DNA from: Marsupella aquatica
Taxonomy: Eukaryota; Plantae; Marchantiophyta
Reading direction: 5' to 3'
Assembly: GCA_973895155.1 (NCBI GenBank)
Contig: OZ316899.1
Span: 9,050,287 to 9,114,286 of the forward strand
Length of the DNA: 64,000 nt
This document shows positions 22,811-33,685 of the stretch, one piece after another. The notes under the pieces were generated by a model. That model saw only the letters and a list, made by a program, of their open reading frames with translations, was not told the DNA's origin and did no database searches. The first letter of the stretch is position 1. Each line of letters begins with the position of its first letter. The position numbers and the translations under genes were made by a program.

Positions 22811-25800
22811 GTGAAGCGTCCTCGCGAACAACTTCATCTTCGTCCATATAGTATTTCTTGAGGCGGTCATAATGGATGCGAACTGGATATACCTCTCCCG
22901 TAATGTTGGCCAATTGTACGGAGCCATTGGGGAACATCATGGTTACTCTAAAGGGTCCTAACCAGCGAGTGTAAAGCTTTCCTGGAAACCTACTATACCT
23001 ACTGTCATAAAGTAGCACAAGATCACCGGTATGAATACTAACTACTTTTAACCTTTTATCATACTGCTGCTTCATGATATTCTGTCTATATTCTACTCTC
23101 TCGGCTGAAATCATTCTCGCTTCCTCTAAAGCTTCTAACCTATATTCTCGCTCCTTTAGGCTCTCCTCCGCTGAGGCTCTTTCCTCAATTGTAACTTGAA
23201 ATGTCGGTATCTCAAGTTGCGTGGGTACCAGGGCTTCTTGTCCAAAGGTTAAGAAGAAGGGTGTATGACCGGTAGTGGATTTATAGGCAAGATTGTAAGC
23301 AAAAACAGCAGCAAACAATTTATCATCCCAATCGAGTTTGTTCTGAGCTACTGTCTTGTTCAATATCTTTCCTATAATTCCGTTTGCTCGTTCTGTCAAC
23401 CCGTTTGCCTTTGGATGGTAGGGAGTAGTAGGCCTATGTTTAACTAAATACTGCTCATTTAAACGACTAATTATATCATTCAAAAAATGGGTTCCTCTAT
23501 CACTAACTAATTCTAGGGGTGCTCCATACCTGGTGAAGATCTGCTCATACATGAATCTAGCCGTAGTAATTGCATCATCCTTCGTTGTTGGTCTGGCCTC
23601 TACCCATTTAGTTGCATAATCCGTAGCCAGGATTATGTACTTGTTCCGTCGAGGGTGGGTCAGTGGTTTCAGAGGTCCAATGTAATCAATACCCCACTTC
23701 TCGAATGGTGCCAGAGGTAGAATAGGGTGCAGTGGATGCCTGGTGGACGCGCTTGGTCCTCCCGCTCGTTGACAAGGATCGCATTGTTTGATAAACTGAT
23801 AGACATCTTTGTGCAAGGTGGGCCACCAGTAACCGGCATTTAATATCTTCTTAGATGTGGTTACTGGGGCAAAATGTCCTCCGGCCTCCTCTCCATGCAT
23901 GGCCCGTAGGACTCGTTTTACCTCTCTCTTTTCCAAACATCTTTGAATCGTGCCGTTGATTCCATGCTTGTGCAGTATGCCTTTAATGCACTGATACTGT
24001 CTGACCTTCCGCACAAAGACTGCGGCTTGCTCTCGGCTTAATCCTGGCTGTAATCTGGAAGTGCTGAGAAATTGTAAAATCTCAGGGTACCATGTACCAG
24101 CTATTTCCACAACGAATAGCTCCTCGTCGGGGAATCGATCATCGATGCAATCCATGGCAGGTTTACCTGTGATCCTTGAAAAGAAGTCGGCATTGGCATG
24201 TAACTTTCCCGGCTTGATCCTCAGCTCATAGTCAAACTCCTGTAATAGCAAAATCCATCTTGCTACTCTGCCTGTAAGGTCCGGCTTATTGACTAGGTAC
24301 TTCAAACTTTCATGATCAGTATGAAAGATTACCTTGTACCCTAGTAAATAATGCCTAAACTTTTTACAAGAATAAATGACTCCTAATGCTTCTCTTTCCG
24401 TGGTAGAGTAGTTCCGTTCGGCATCGGCAAGCTGACGGCTTGCGAAGTATATGGGATGGTCCCTTCCTTTCTCATCCAACTGACTTAGTACTGAGCCAAT
24501 ACAGAAGCCCGAGACATCTACAAAAACATGAAAATCTTTGTTCCAGTCCGGTGCTATCATGACTGGGGCCTCTACTAACATCTGCTTCAATTCTACCACC
24601 GCTGTGACTCGTTCGGGTGTGGGTTCGAAGTCTGCTCCTGCCTTGAGCATATTGGTTAATGGTAAAGCTAGCTTGGCAAAATCCTTGATGAACCGGCGAT
24701 AGTAACCAATGCATCCCAAGAAGGATCTTACATCCTTTATGTTCTTAGGTTGCATGATATCTAGCCATACTGCTAGCTTACCTTTGTCAATCTCAATGCC
24801 CTTCCTTGATACCTTGTGACCTAGTAGCACCCCCTCGGTTACTGCAAAAAAACATTTATCTGGGTGTAACTTGAGACCCACCTCTCTACATCTCATGAAG
24901 GTTTTTCTGAGGTATTTAGCATGTTTCGATGCCTTCCCGAATACTGCAAAGTCATCAATGAAGATTTCCATGAACTTTCTCAAGTAATCATGGAAAATGT
25001 TCACCATTAATCGTTGGAACATAGCTGGTGCGTTGCAGAGTCCAAACGGCATACGATTGAAGACATAGATCCGCCATTCCGTGATGAAGGCCGTCTTGAT
25101 TTGGTCTTCCTGCCGAATCCGGATTTGGTTATAACCAGAGTATCCATCCATGAATGAATATAGTTCATGACTGGCTACCATGTCTAGTACCATATCAGTA
25201 AACGGTAAAGGAAAATGGTCTTTTAATGTTGCTTCATTCAGCTTCCTGTAATCCTGACAAACCCGGATCTTGGGTTTACCATCGGGTCCAGCTTTCTTGG
25301 GAACTATCACAATTGGAGACACCCAGTCTGAATGCAGGACTGGAGTGATGAATCCAGCTTCCACTAGTTTGTCGATTTCTGTTTTGACCAGCAGGGAATA
25401 CTTCGGGTTCATCCTTCGAATTGGTTGTCGGAATGATTTGGCTCCCAGCATGAGATCAATTCGATGTTCCCCTAGTGTTGGATCTACTCCCTTTAGATCT
25501 TGGTGACTCCATGCAAACACATCCTGAAATTCAATCAATAAGTCACTAATCTCTTTCTCGAGCTCAGGTGCTAGATTTCTCCCTAAGTTCAGTTCTCTTC
25601 CCTCTCCTAAGTCGAGCTTTCGATATTGCCGTGCTTGGATCATATTAATCTGCTTCTTCAAATTCGGGTCCAGTTCGGCTTCCAGTCTCTCTAATCTCAT
25701 ACCTCCATAAACTGGGATTTCGGCTGGACTAGCCGAGTCGGTCCCTTCCTTGGTGTCCATAGATTGTCCCCTTACCGGTCTATTCGGTTTTGAATTAGTG

Positions 25801-26039
25801 GTCGGCTCCCCTTCCTGCCTTGGCTCTGGATCGTGTCTGTCCATCTCATCCACCTCTTGCTCCTGAGAGTTAGGCCGCTGTGCTCTCTCGGCTTCTAATA
25901 GGGCCTCAATTTGTTCTGCCCTCGTAATCGGCTTGTATGCCGATCCCTTGGTATTTAATTCCTTGCTGATGATCGATGGCGTTGTGAACCCTGCCGGCTC
26001 TGCCACAACGCCTGCAGAAAATTCACTGTCCCTGCTACT

Positions 26040-26051
26040 GCTCCCCACTTA
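26040..26051 (-). promoter_or_regulatory. Candidate central polypurine tract of element A
   Basis: 12-nt exact copy (taagtggggagc) of the 3' PPT at 22796-22807, at ~49% of the element length. Confidence 0.6.
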
Positions 26052-28993
26052 GCCGTTTCATCCAATTGGTCTACATCCTTTACTTCCTCCGGAATTGCAG
26101 CTAAAAAGGTGGATTCTATTGTAAAGCAGTCCTCGACCTCTGCGTCTTCTTCTTCCAAGTCACCTTCCATTGGTTCCTGCCATAATCCGCTGGGGGGTAC
26201 CTCAGGTCCAAAGACACCTTCTTCGGTTAGGTTAGTGAGGCATTCTAACCAACGTACTTCATCGGCTGACTCCAATCCACTGTCGTACCCATCTACTTCC
26301 CTTATGCTTTTCCTACGGTCATCCTTAGTGTCCCAGGATACTGTGATAGAGGGGGTCCCGAAAGTGAACTGCTTTTTACCCCAATCTTCTATTACCTCGG
26401 CTAGGTACAGCCATGGCCTACCAATCAATAGCCGGAATGACGTAGGGTTTACCGGCTTCATTACTACATAGTTAATGCTAAAGAAGATACCTCCTATCTC
26501 TGTCTTGATGCCGGTTAACACTCCCGTAGGAATGACCTGATATCCATTGGCCATGTTCAACACTCTTCCAGTCATCTCCGGTGTTAGACCCCACCCTTTT
26601 GCTGTTGAATCAATCATAATACATACCCCTGATCCTCCATCGATGGGTACCCGTAGTAATAATTCTCCTTGAATCATTAATGGTAATGCTGGGGCTCCTT
26701 GATCTTCTTCTATCATTAGTACGTCGGATCTGGTTGCTACCTTGGGTAATCTCGGCTTGCCGAGAATAGCCTTCCTTAATTGCTTCCGGAAGTACGGGCT
26801 ATTTTTCAATAGTTGACCTACTGTTGCCGAGACTCTAGATTCTAGTACATCTTTAGCCAGGTCATAGGGAACAATCGGCTTCTCCTCTGGTGGTGTTTCC
26901 TTGGATTCGGCCAGTTTTGCCACGCTAGTCTCCACAGCTGTTGGGTCTTCCGAAGCAAACAATGCTTTTGCTCGTTTTACATCTTTGGCAATGGCTTCGG
27001 TATTCTCCAGGGTTTCTAATTCTCTTAGTTGTTCCTTAACACTAGCCGTAACAGAGGGGTAGAACAACTTAGGATGATCTCGATTGAAGTCGCTATCTTG
27101 TGAAGGATTGGGTTCACTGGTGGGCTCATGGCTTACCTGTATTGCCGGAGCCCTCCCTTCTCCTTCTGTTGATGTTGACGAAGAGTCGATCCTTTCCTCC
27201 GTAACCTTCCCTTTATTTTTGGCCAGCCCATCCCACCTTTCCTTCCTTCTGGTAGATCGAGTAGAGACCCGGTAGCAATCATGATCTAAATCCTCCTCTG
27301 AGAAGGTTGATAGGGCTTCGGCCTCATCATCAGATGGTACGAACTCTGCCTCGGCATCCTCTTGCCATCCTAGTTCGATGTGGTTGATTTGAACTCCTCC
27401 GGGGGTAGTACCTGGTGGTAAGATCTTGATCGGCAAAAGCTTATGATTTGCGGCCAGGCCTGCCAACCAAGTAGGACATTGCCCTAGCATATGACCTTCC
27501 TGTCGGCATCCCATACATAGCTGAGCTGGTTGTCCATCACCCTGTTTGCGTGCATTCGGGCATTCTCTAGCAAAATGGCCAGGTTGACCACAATTATAGC
27601 ACGCCGCAAATCATTGCACATTCGGCCTAGGAGGTACTGACGGGTTCTGAATAATCCGAGGATACATCTCTCCTGGATTGTTCCTTAACCCTGACCACAG
27701 AGATGCAGGTCTGTTGGATAGGTCTCGTGCTCCAATCTCACTGATGCCGAAAACACTATCAGCGGCATCTCCTAAAAAGTACTCTACTTCTCCCTGACAT
27801 GGTCTGATCTCGGCCACATGCCGAACATGATTAGTATTAAGCTTAGGACACGCATCTTTATGGTGTCCGGTTTTATAACATAAGGCACACCATACAGAGC
27901 TATCCTCCTGTACTACCTTCTTCTTTGGTTTTACCTCTGCAATGATAGCTTTAAGTTGCTCGGTAAGGGCTACGATGTTATCTGGTGGCTTAGCCTCCAT
28001 CTTGACTTTCGTCTTCCCTCTCCTTCTGCCCTTCCTTTTCCTAGTTTTTTCTTCTTCAGAACTAGAAGATGACTCACTCTTGCTACTCCCACTATTCGAG
28101 CTTGACTTATCACTTCTAGACTTCTTGGAATGTTTCTTCTTCTTATCTTTTTTCTTATGGGGTGATCCCTCCTCTGATGAGGAACTCTCAGACTTAAGCT
28201 GTTTCTTCCGGCTTGTGATATCTGCATTAATGTATAATTGAATATCCTTAATTGCTTCGGCTAAAGTCTCCGGGTTCTCCTTCCTAATTGCAAAACTCAT
28301 CTTCTGTGGCAAAGCATTCACCAACCATTGAAGTTGCATACCTTCAGATGCATTGGTCTTTGTACGTCTTACCAGTTTCTGAAAGCGTTGCAAGAACTTC
28401 CTGAAGGATTTATTCTCCTTGAACCGAAGTTGTCCCAACTTCAGCACTGCTAGTTCTGAAGTTCCAATGGGTCGAAACTCCTTAACAAAGAGTGTTTTGA
28501 AGATATCCCAGATGGCTTGATCTTCCACATCTAATGCTCTGTACCAAGGCCTAGCCTCACCCTTGAACAGGCCGGGAAGAATCTGCATCTTGATGGCCGA
28601 TTCTCCATTTGCTGCAGCGGTTCCCTCGAAATCATCCAACCATTCGTCCGGATCCTCATCTCCTCTCCCATGAAATGCCTTGTAATGTATGCACGACCGC
28701 TGGCTCAATCTGGTCCCTGACCTCTCGTCTGGCCGTGCCTCTGGTTCCCCCATGTCGGTTGTAGACTCACTTCTCCTTACCGACTCTTCTTCTGGTATGT
28801 CTTCTTCGATGCCACTTCCAGTTTCGGAGCTACCAGCTCTTTCTGCCCCTCTCAGTCGCTGTGTATCATGCCACCCGGCGAGCTGCTGCAGTCGAGCTCT
28901 CTCCCGTTGAATCACTCTTTCTTCCCTCGGCGTAAGGTCAGTCATTACCTACGCTTCCGTTCTAACTTCATATCTCACGGCTTAAGAAATGCC

Positions 28994-29010
28994 CCCTCCA
29001 TCTAGCGCCA
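28994..29010 (-). promoter_or_regulatory. Element A primer-binding site, tRNA-Asn type
   Basis: TGGCGCTAGATGGAGGG, 4 nt after the 5' LTR; one mismatch to the complement of the plant tRNA-Asn 3' end as recalled (TGGCGCTAGAAGGAGGG). Confidence 0.8.
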
Positions 29011-29799
29011 AAAATGTGGTGCGTCCCATGGCTCCCTAAACCCAAGAAACCCCCCAGCTCAAGCCGATTCCCGCAGGTTTCGTGCTTGGCGAGGCCGTTT
29101 CCGCGGCTTAGCGGCATGGGACGCTGCTAACCTTCTACTACTACTATTAACATTTTACACACATATACTGGACAGATCCTTCATCGGGTCATGAGATACG
29201 TAGCCGGCCTAATATAGGTCTTCCCCTGTCTTCCCCTGTCTTCCCCTCCGTCTTGTTAGGTATGTTTGGATTCCGCCGCCGGAATGATCCCCAATAGGTG
29301 TGACGGGTACCCCGTCACGGGAAGTCACACATAACTGGTTGCAAAGGCCGATACCTTGTTAATAGTCAATGTAAATAAGCCATTTTTTAATTTTTAGTTA
29401 ATTCCGTCATTATAGGTTGATGATGCCCCAGGTGACTTTATATTCTTTCTCTCATAATAGTTCTAAGATTTGCGGCGACCTAAGTGGGCAAATATTTTGG
29501 GACCTTGAAACTAGCCAGGACCAGCCCCATAGGACTTACCGTTTTGCTTCAAGAGCTATTGTTGAGACCCCCATTGCAAAGTCAGGAGAGGGGGGGGTTT
29601 TTTTTTTAAATAAATCCCTCCTCAGGAGGGCGAGTCCCATTAGTGGCCGTCCGAGAGAAAGAGGGGCTGCCTCGCGAGCCCATAGGGCTGCGTGCCCGGG
29701 CGATTAATGGGGCTCCGCGAGCTGAAGGGGCTGCCTCGCGAGCCCATAGGGCTGCGTGCCCAGGCAATTAATGAGGCTCCGCGAGCTGAAGGAGCGCAA

Positions 29800-30033
29800 G
29801 CGAGCGGGGGGGGGGGAGTTAAAGGGCCTCCCGCGAGCTGGGAGGATCACGCGAGCGGGGGGGAGTTAAAGGGCCTCCCGCGAGCTGGGAGGATCACACG
29901 AGCGGGGGGGAGTTAAAGGGCCTCCCGCGAGCTGGGAGGATCACGCGAGCGGGGGGGAGTTAAAGGGCCTCCCGCGAGCTGGGAGGATCACGCGAGCGGG
30001 GGGGAGTTGAAGGGCCTCCCGCGAGCCAGGAGG
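29800..30033 (+). repeat. 47-bp GC-rich tandem repeat, ~5 copies, in B's LTR (second copy at ~40550-40783)
   Basis: Unit gcgagcgggggggagttaaagggcctcccgcgagctgggaggatcac; preceded by two copies of a related ~65-bp unit. Confidence 0.92.
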
Positions 30034-30462
30034 AATGGCCGCGCGCCCTGCATAGGGCCGCGCGCAGGAGGACGCAAGGGTAAGGCCCGAGAAATGGGCC
30101 GGGGCGCATGGCGAAGGCGCCAGGAGTTTTTTCGGTTCTATTTTTTTTTTTTTTCCTTCCTTTTTCTTTCCCTCTTCCTTTTGCACGACCCTCTCATTGC
30201 CGAAAGCAAAAACGGGGTTCTTCTCTCTCTTGCCGGAAGCTCTCTCCAGATTCTAATTATTTTTGAAGCTCTCTCTTTCATGGTGGATTAGTGGGGCTTG
30301 CTGGCGTCATTCTTCCAGGCATTAGTGGCGGCCGCACGGAGTAGTGACGGGAAATTGAGAGAATTTAAGTGATCGGGCTACGGGGGCTGTTTCGGGCCAG
30401 GGAATTGACATTGCCACGGGTGACGGGATTGGTGATTGAGAAATTGATTTCGGGATGCATGG

Positions 30463-32319
30463 ATGCTAGATCAACCAGAGTTTAGTGCGTCACGCATTCG
30501 GAGATACAAGGCTGCTTACCGTGACTACGTGGAGACTCGGATTACACGGGAAAGGGAAGAGAGAGAAGTTATGATGAGCACGGGATTGGCAGCGGGTTCC
30601 TCACCGGTGGGTAGGAAGATTTTTCGTCGAATTTATCCCAAGACCTCCACCAAGGTGATGGAGGATTGTCGGAACATTTTCCAAGCCACCGGGCTTACAG
30701 AATTCATGAAGGTGGAGATTACCATCCCTTCAGGGAAGAGCTGGGACATTGAGGCCGGGATGGAGTTCCGAACGGAGGGAATCTACTTTGAATGTCTCAA
30801 ACGTGTAGTGCCCCATGTGGAGTTGGCTAAGCTATTGTTTCTTGAGAATCAGAAATTCTCATTCACACCTCGGAATATCAGGGGAGAACTCACGTTGAAA
30901 ATGGTGGCCACTTGGGTGACCAATCCTACCTCCACCACCGCCATCCCTCTTTCTGCTGTCAAGGATGTTGAGTATAAGGGCTTCCTGGCCAAGGTGCATC
31001 AACGGGTTCTTGGCAACGTGCAATCCGGAGTGCTGAATGAGGAGCATTTCGTGGTAGCTATGGACATCAAGAACTACCCAGCCCATGTGTACGGATGGTG
31101 GTGCTACGGATTGAAGAAGCTATTGGCCGCTGAGCCCGGGAGTGTGAAACCAGGTGGGGCTGTACATTTGATGGGGTCATTTGTATTGGCCAGGGCAGAA
31201 GGGTTGATTGGTTCTCCGGGGCATGAAGACACGGGATCATCTCTCACCACGGAGATCCGGAGTATTGCCACTACCGTTTTAGGGAAGCTCACGGAGGAAT
31301 CATTGTCTGCTGGTGGGGAGGATAATAGAGAAGAAGAGAACCAGGAGGATGATTGCACATTGGAGTGGCTTGAATCACTCGTGGGAGATCCGAAACAGCC
31401 TCTGGAATACAACATTCCGGATGTTTACTTGGCAGAGCTACGGGATTTCAGAGAGGGAGTCCACGAGGGACTCAAGCTAGTCCACGCATTGAGGGAGTCT
31501 CTCAAGCACGCCACAGTCAAAGTAGAGACGTTAGAGCAGAGCATCCTGTCACTGAAGGAGGTGATCAAGACCAAGGAGCAGACCATTCATGAGAAGGTCA
31601 GGCACATCAATGCAGCTCACGTAGAGATCACCAACTTGAAGGGAGCTTTGTCCACCAAGGCCAAGGAAGCAGAAGAAGTAGGAGCGTTGAGGCAAGCATT
31701 GGCCAAAGAGAAGCAAAATTCTGGAGAAGTGATGGAGTGGAGGAACCAGGTGGGAGCACTACGGAGTCAGGTGGCAGCCTTTGAGACACGAGCGAAGAGA
31801 AGTGAGGCCCTGAGTCTAGGGAAACGGAAGAGTCCCGGCACACCTGGCTCCACACTTTCCCCGGATGTGATCTCCCAAGCTATCGAGATGGTGGTGAAGG
31901 AGGTTAGTGGGAAGTATGGACCCTTGTTGGATGGAGCCAAGAAGAGTCAGGAGAAGAGTAAGAGCTTGGAGAAGAAGCTCCGGGAGGTACGGAAATCGTT
32001 ACGGGAGGCTCAGGTCAGTACGGGGATGCCACCCAGGTCTGTCACCCCCGGGACTCCCATGGCCACGGGGCAAGTTCTACCGTTGGAGTTGCGGTCCGGA
32101 GAAGAGGCTACCCTCTGGAAGGACACAATTGGTGAGGGGTACATCAAGGCGTGGCAGGCCTTGGCTGCTTTGAGGAAGCGCGGGAGCAGCAGCACTAAGA
32201 GTACTCCGTCGAAGAAGAAGAAAAGTACGGTGGCACTCACTCCCGTGAGTGATGAGGAGGAGGACCACTCACGGGGCACAAGTCCGGGCACCGAGAGCGA
32301 AGAAGAAGAGGAGGATTAG
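30463..32319 (+). CDS. LTR-encoded accessory protein of element B (618 aa; globular N-terminal domain, coiled coil, basic NLS-like patches, acidic tail), 5' LTR copy
   Basis: Intact ATG-TAG ORF wholly inside the LTR; identical protein in the other LTR; coiled-coil-like stretch at ~aa 325-445; SKKKKS; ends ESEEEEED. Confidence 0.85.
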   Translation: MLDQPEFSASRIRRYKAAYRDYVETRITREREEREVMMSTGLAAGSSPVGRKIFRRIYPKTSTKVMEDCRNIFQATGLTEFMKVEITIPSGKSWDIEAGMEFRTEGIYFECLKRVVPHVELAKLLFLENQKFSFTPRNIRGELTLKMVATWVTNPTSTTAIPLSAVKDVEYKGFLAKVHQRVLGNVQSGVLNEEHFVVAMDIKNYPAHVYGWWCYGLKKLLAAEPGSVKPGGAVHLMGSFVLARAEGLIGSPGHEDTGSSLTTEIRSIATTVLGKLTEESLSAGGEDNREEENQEDDCTLEWLESLVGDPKQPLEYNIPDVYLAELRDFREGVHEGLKLVHALRESLKHATVKVETLEQSILSLKEVIKTKEQTIHEKVRHINAAHVEITNLKGALSTKAKEAEEVGALRQALAKEKQNSGEVMEWRNQVGALRSQVAAFETRAKRSEALSLGKRKSPGTPGSTLSPDVISQAIEMVVKEVSGKYGPLLDGAKKSQEKSKSLEKKLREVRKSLREAQVSTGMPPRSVTPGTPMATGQVLPLELRSGEEATLWKDTIGEGYIKAWQALAALRKRGSSSTKSTPSKKKKSTVALTPVSDEEEDHSRGTSPGTESEEEEED

Positions 32320-33450
32320 ATAGGCGTACGGACGTGGGTGTACGGCCTCCAGATTTCCAACATTTTAGTGGGGGGTCACTCATGGGCTTGTTGGGATGAG
32401 CTCGCGGAGCTGATTCCAACAAGAGGCGGCGCTCCTCAAACGGAGCCAGGATGAGCAAGTTATGGCCTGGAGAACTTATGTTTTTGCGGTACGGAAACGG
32501 CCATAACTCAGGCGTCTGAAGTCCGTTGAGGGAGCGACTTAGTGATTCGGAAGCAGGAAAAGAAGAGCTATCCAGGGGTGAGCTCAGGTGTGCACTTGGA
32601 AGGGCACCTAGTTTCGGCCATTTTGGGGTGCCTCTCACTTTCAGGGTTCACGTGTACTGTTGGGGCGCCGTCGAAGGCACCGTCGGCCCCCTTGTTTTGG
32701 GTTTAGGGTTTTAGCAGCATGTGTGTGCCGCATGCTCCTCTTCAGTTTAAGGATTTCTCTTAGTGCAAGGTTTTAGCGGCGCCGCTAGGGTAGCCGCCAC
32801 CGTTGTGACCCTGTGAGGGGTGCTTTGGTGTGATTTTTCAGTATTTAGGGGGATAGCCCCGAAGTAGTTAGGGGGACTCAGTGTGAAGTTAGCAAGGAGG
32901 GATAGAGTGGAGCCTGAGGAGTTTGAAAGCGTGTTCAGAGTAGTGAGGGGGAGCCATACTCATTGTCCGGAGAGGCAGGAGTTGAGTAGACGGCAGGAGG
33001 CCGGGTTACTCATGCAATGTGTATCGTTTTTCCCAAGAGATATGGATCTGTACATTTGACTTGATGGGCTTTTGTTGTGTGTTCCTTCTCCCTTTTTCGC
33101 TTTCCGAATTGTGTTCTCCCGTTCTATGATTTGAAGAAACTTGCTTGGTTTGAGTCGGCCTTGTGAGTAGGGGTGGTGACAGCACTCTTTGGGTGACTCC
33201 GAGTGAAGGTGTAGTGGGGTAGTCGGCAGGACTTGATCAAAAGCTGTGGGGTGAGGGTAGTCGGTAGACTTGATCAAAACCTACATTTCCGGGAGCGGAA
33301 ACCAAAATACTCATCCTGGTGTGAAAAGAATCCAAATAGCGTCCCTCCACGACCCCGTAATACGATACCAACGGTTTAAGCGAAGAAAAGTGCGGTTTGC
33401 ACGTATTAACCGTTGGAGAGGCAAGTGACATAAGTGTGGTCTTTTGTTTT

Positions 33451-33468
33451 TGGCGCCGCTGCCGGGGA
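33451..33468 (+). promoter_or_regulatory. Element B primer-binding site, tRNA-Asp (Athila) type
   Basis: TGGCGCCGCTGCCGGGGA, one mismatch to the Athila-type TGGCGCCGTTGCCGGGGA; 20 nt downstream of the LTR end. Confidence 0.85.
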
Positions 33469-33685
33469 ATCCTTCTTCTTGTTTGACGACACGAAGGAGG
33501 GGAGCTACGTCTATTGGGAGTTCAAACCTATCAACCACAACGCAACTTGCGACGGTTGATACGTGAGAAGTTTGTTGGTTACTTTGTTATTGTACGTCAA
33601 CCACAACGCATCGTGCGACGGTTGATGTTTACAAATATTGCTTTCTGAGACATTGGTGTAAGTTTGGAATGCAGGTCTCAATGGG

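Larger units (their letters stand above)
22782..28945 (-). pseudogene. Element A gag-pol (Gag, 3 CCHC knuckles, protease, RT, RNase H, integrase) with one in-frame stop and one frameshift
   Basis: ORFs 27611-28945 and 25955-27514 are in frame and separated by TGA at 27611-27613. The frame changes near 25955-26048 into 22782-26048. Motifs: IDGGSG, FIDD, VFVDVSGF, KWGIDYIGP, WLGPF. Confidence 0.95.
29299..33430 (+). repeat. Element B 5' LTR (4132 bp)
   Basis: Matches 40049-44181; by eye only three substitutions and one extra T in a homopolymer. Confidence 0.98.

Noticed and set aside
25955-26048. Programmed ribosomal frameshift in element A
   Set aside because: The relative B encodes the same region in one frame, no clear slippery heptamer was seen, and A also has a nonsense codon, so decay is simpler.
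29800-30033. Regularly spaced 47-bp repeats as a CRISPR array
   Set aside because: The units are head-to-tail with no unique spacers, no cas genes are present, and the array lies inside a eukaryotic LTR.
32699-32716. Telomere-like gggtttagggttttag (and ccctaaccctaa near 22619)
   Set aside because: Only one or two units; such telo-box-like motifs are common in plant LTRs and do not indicate a telomere.
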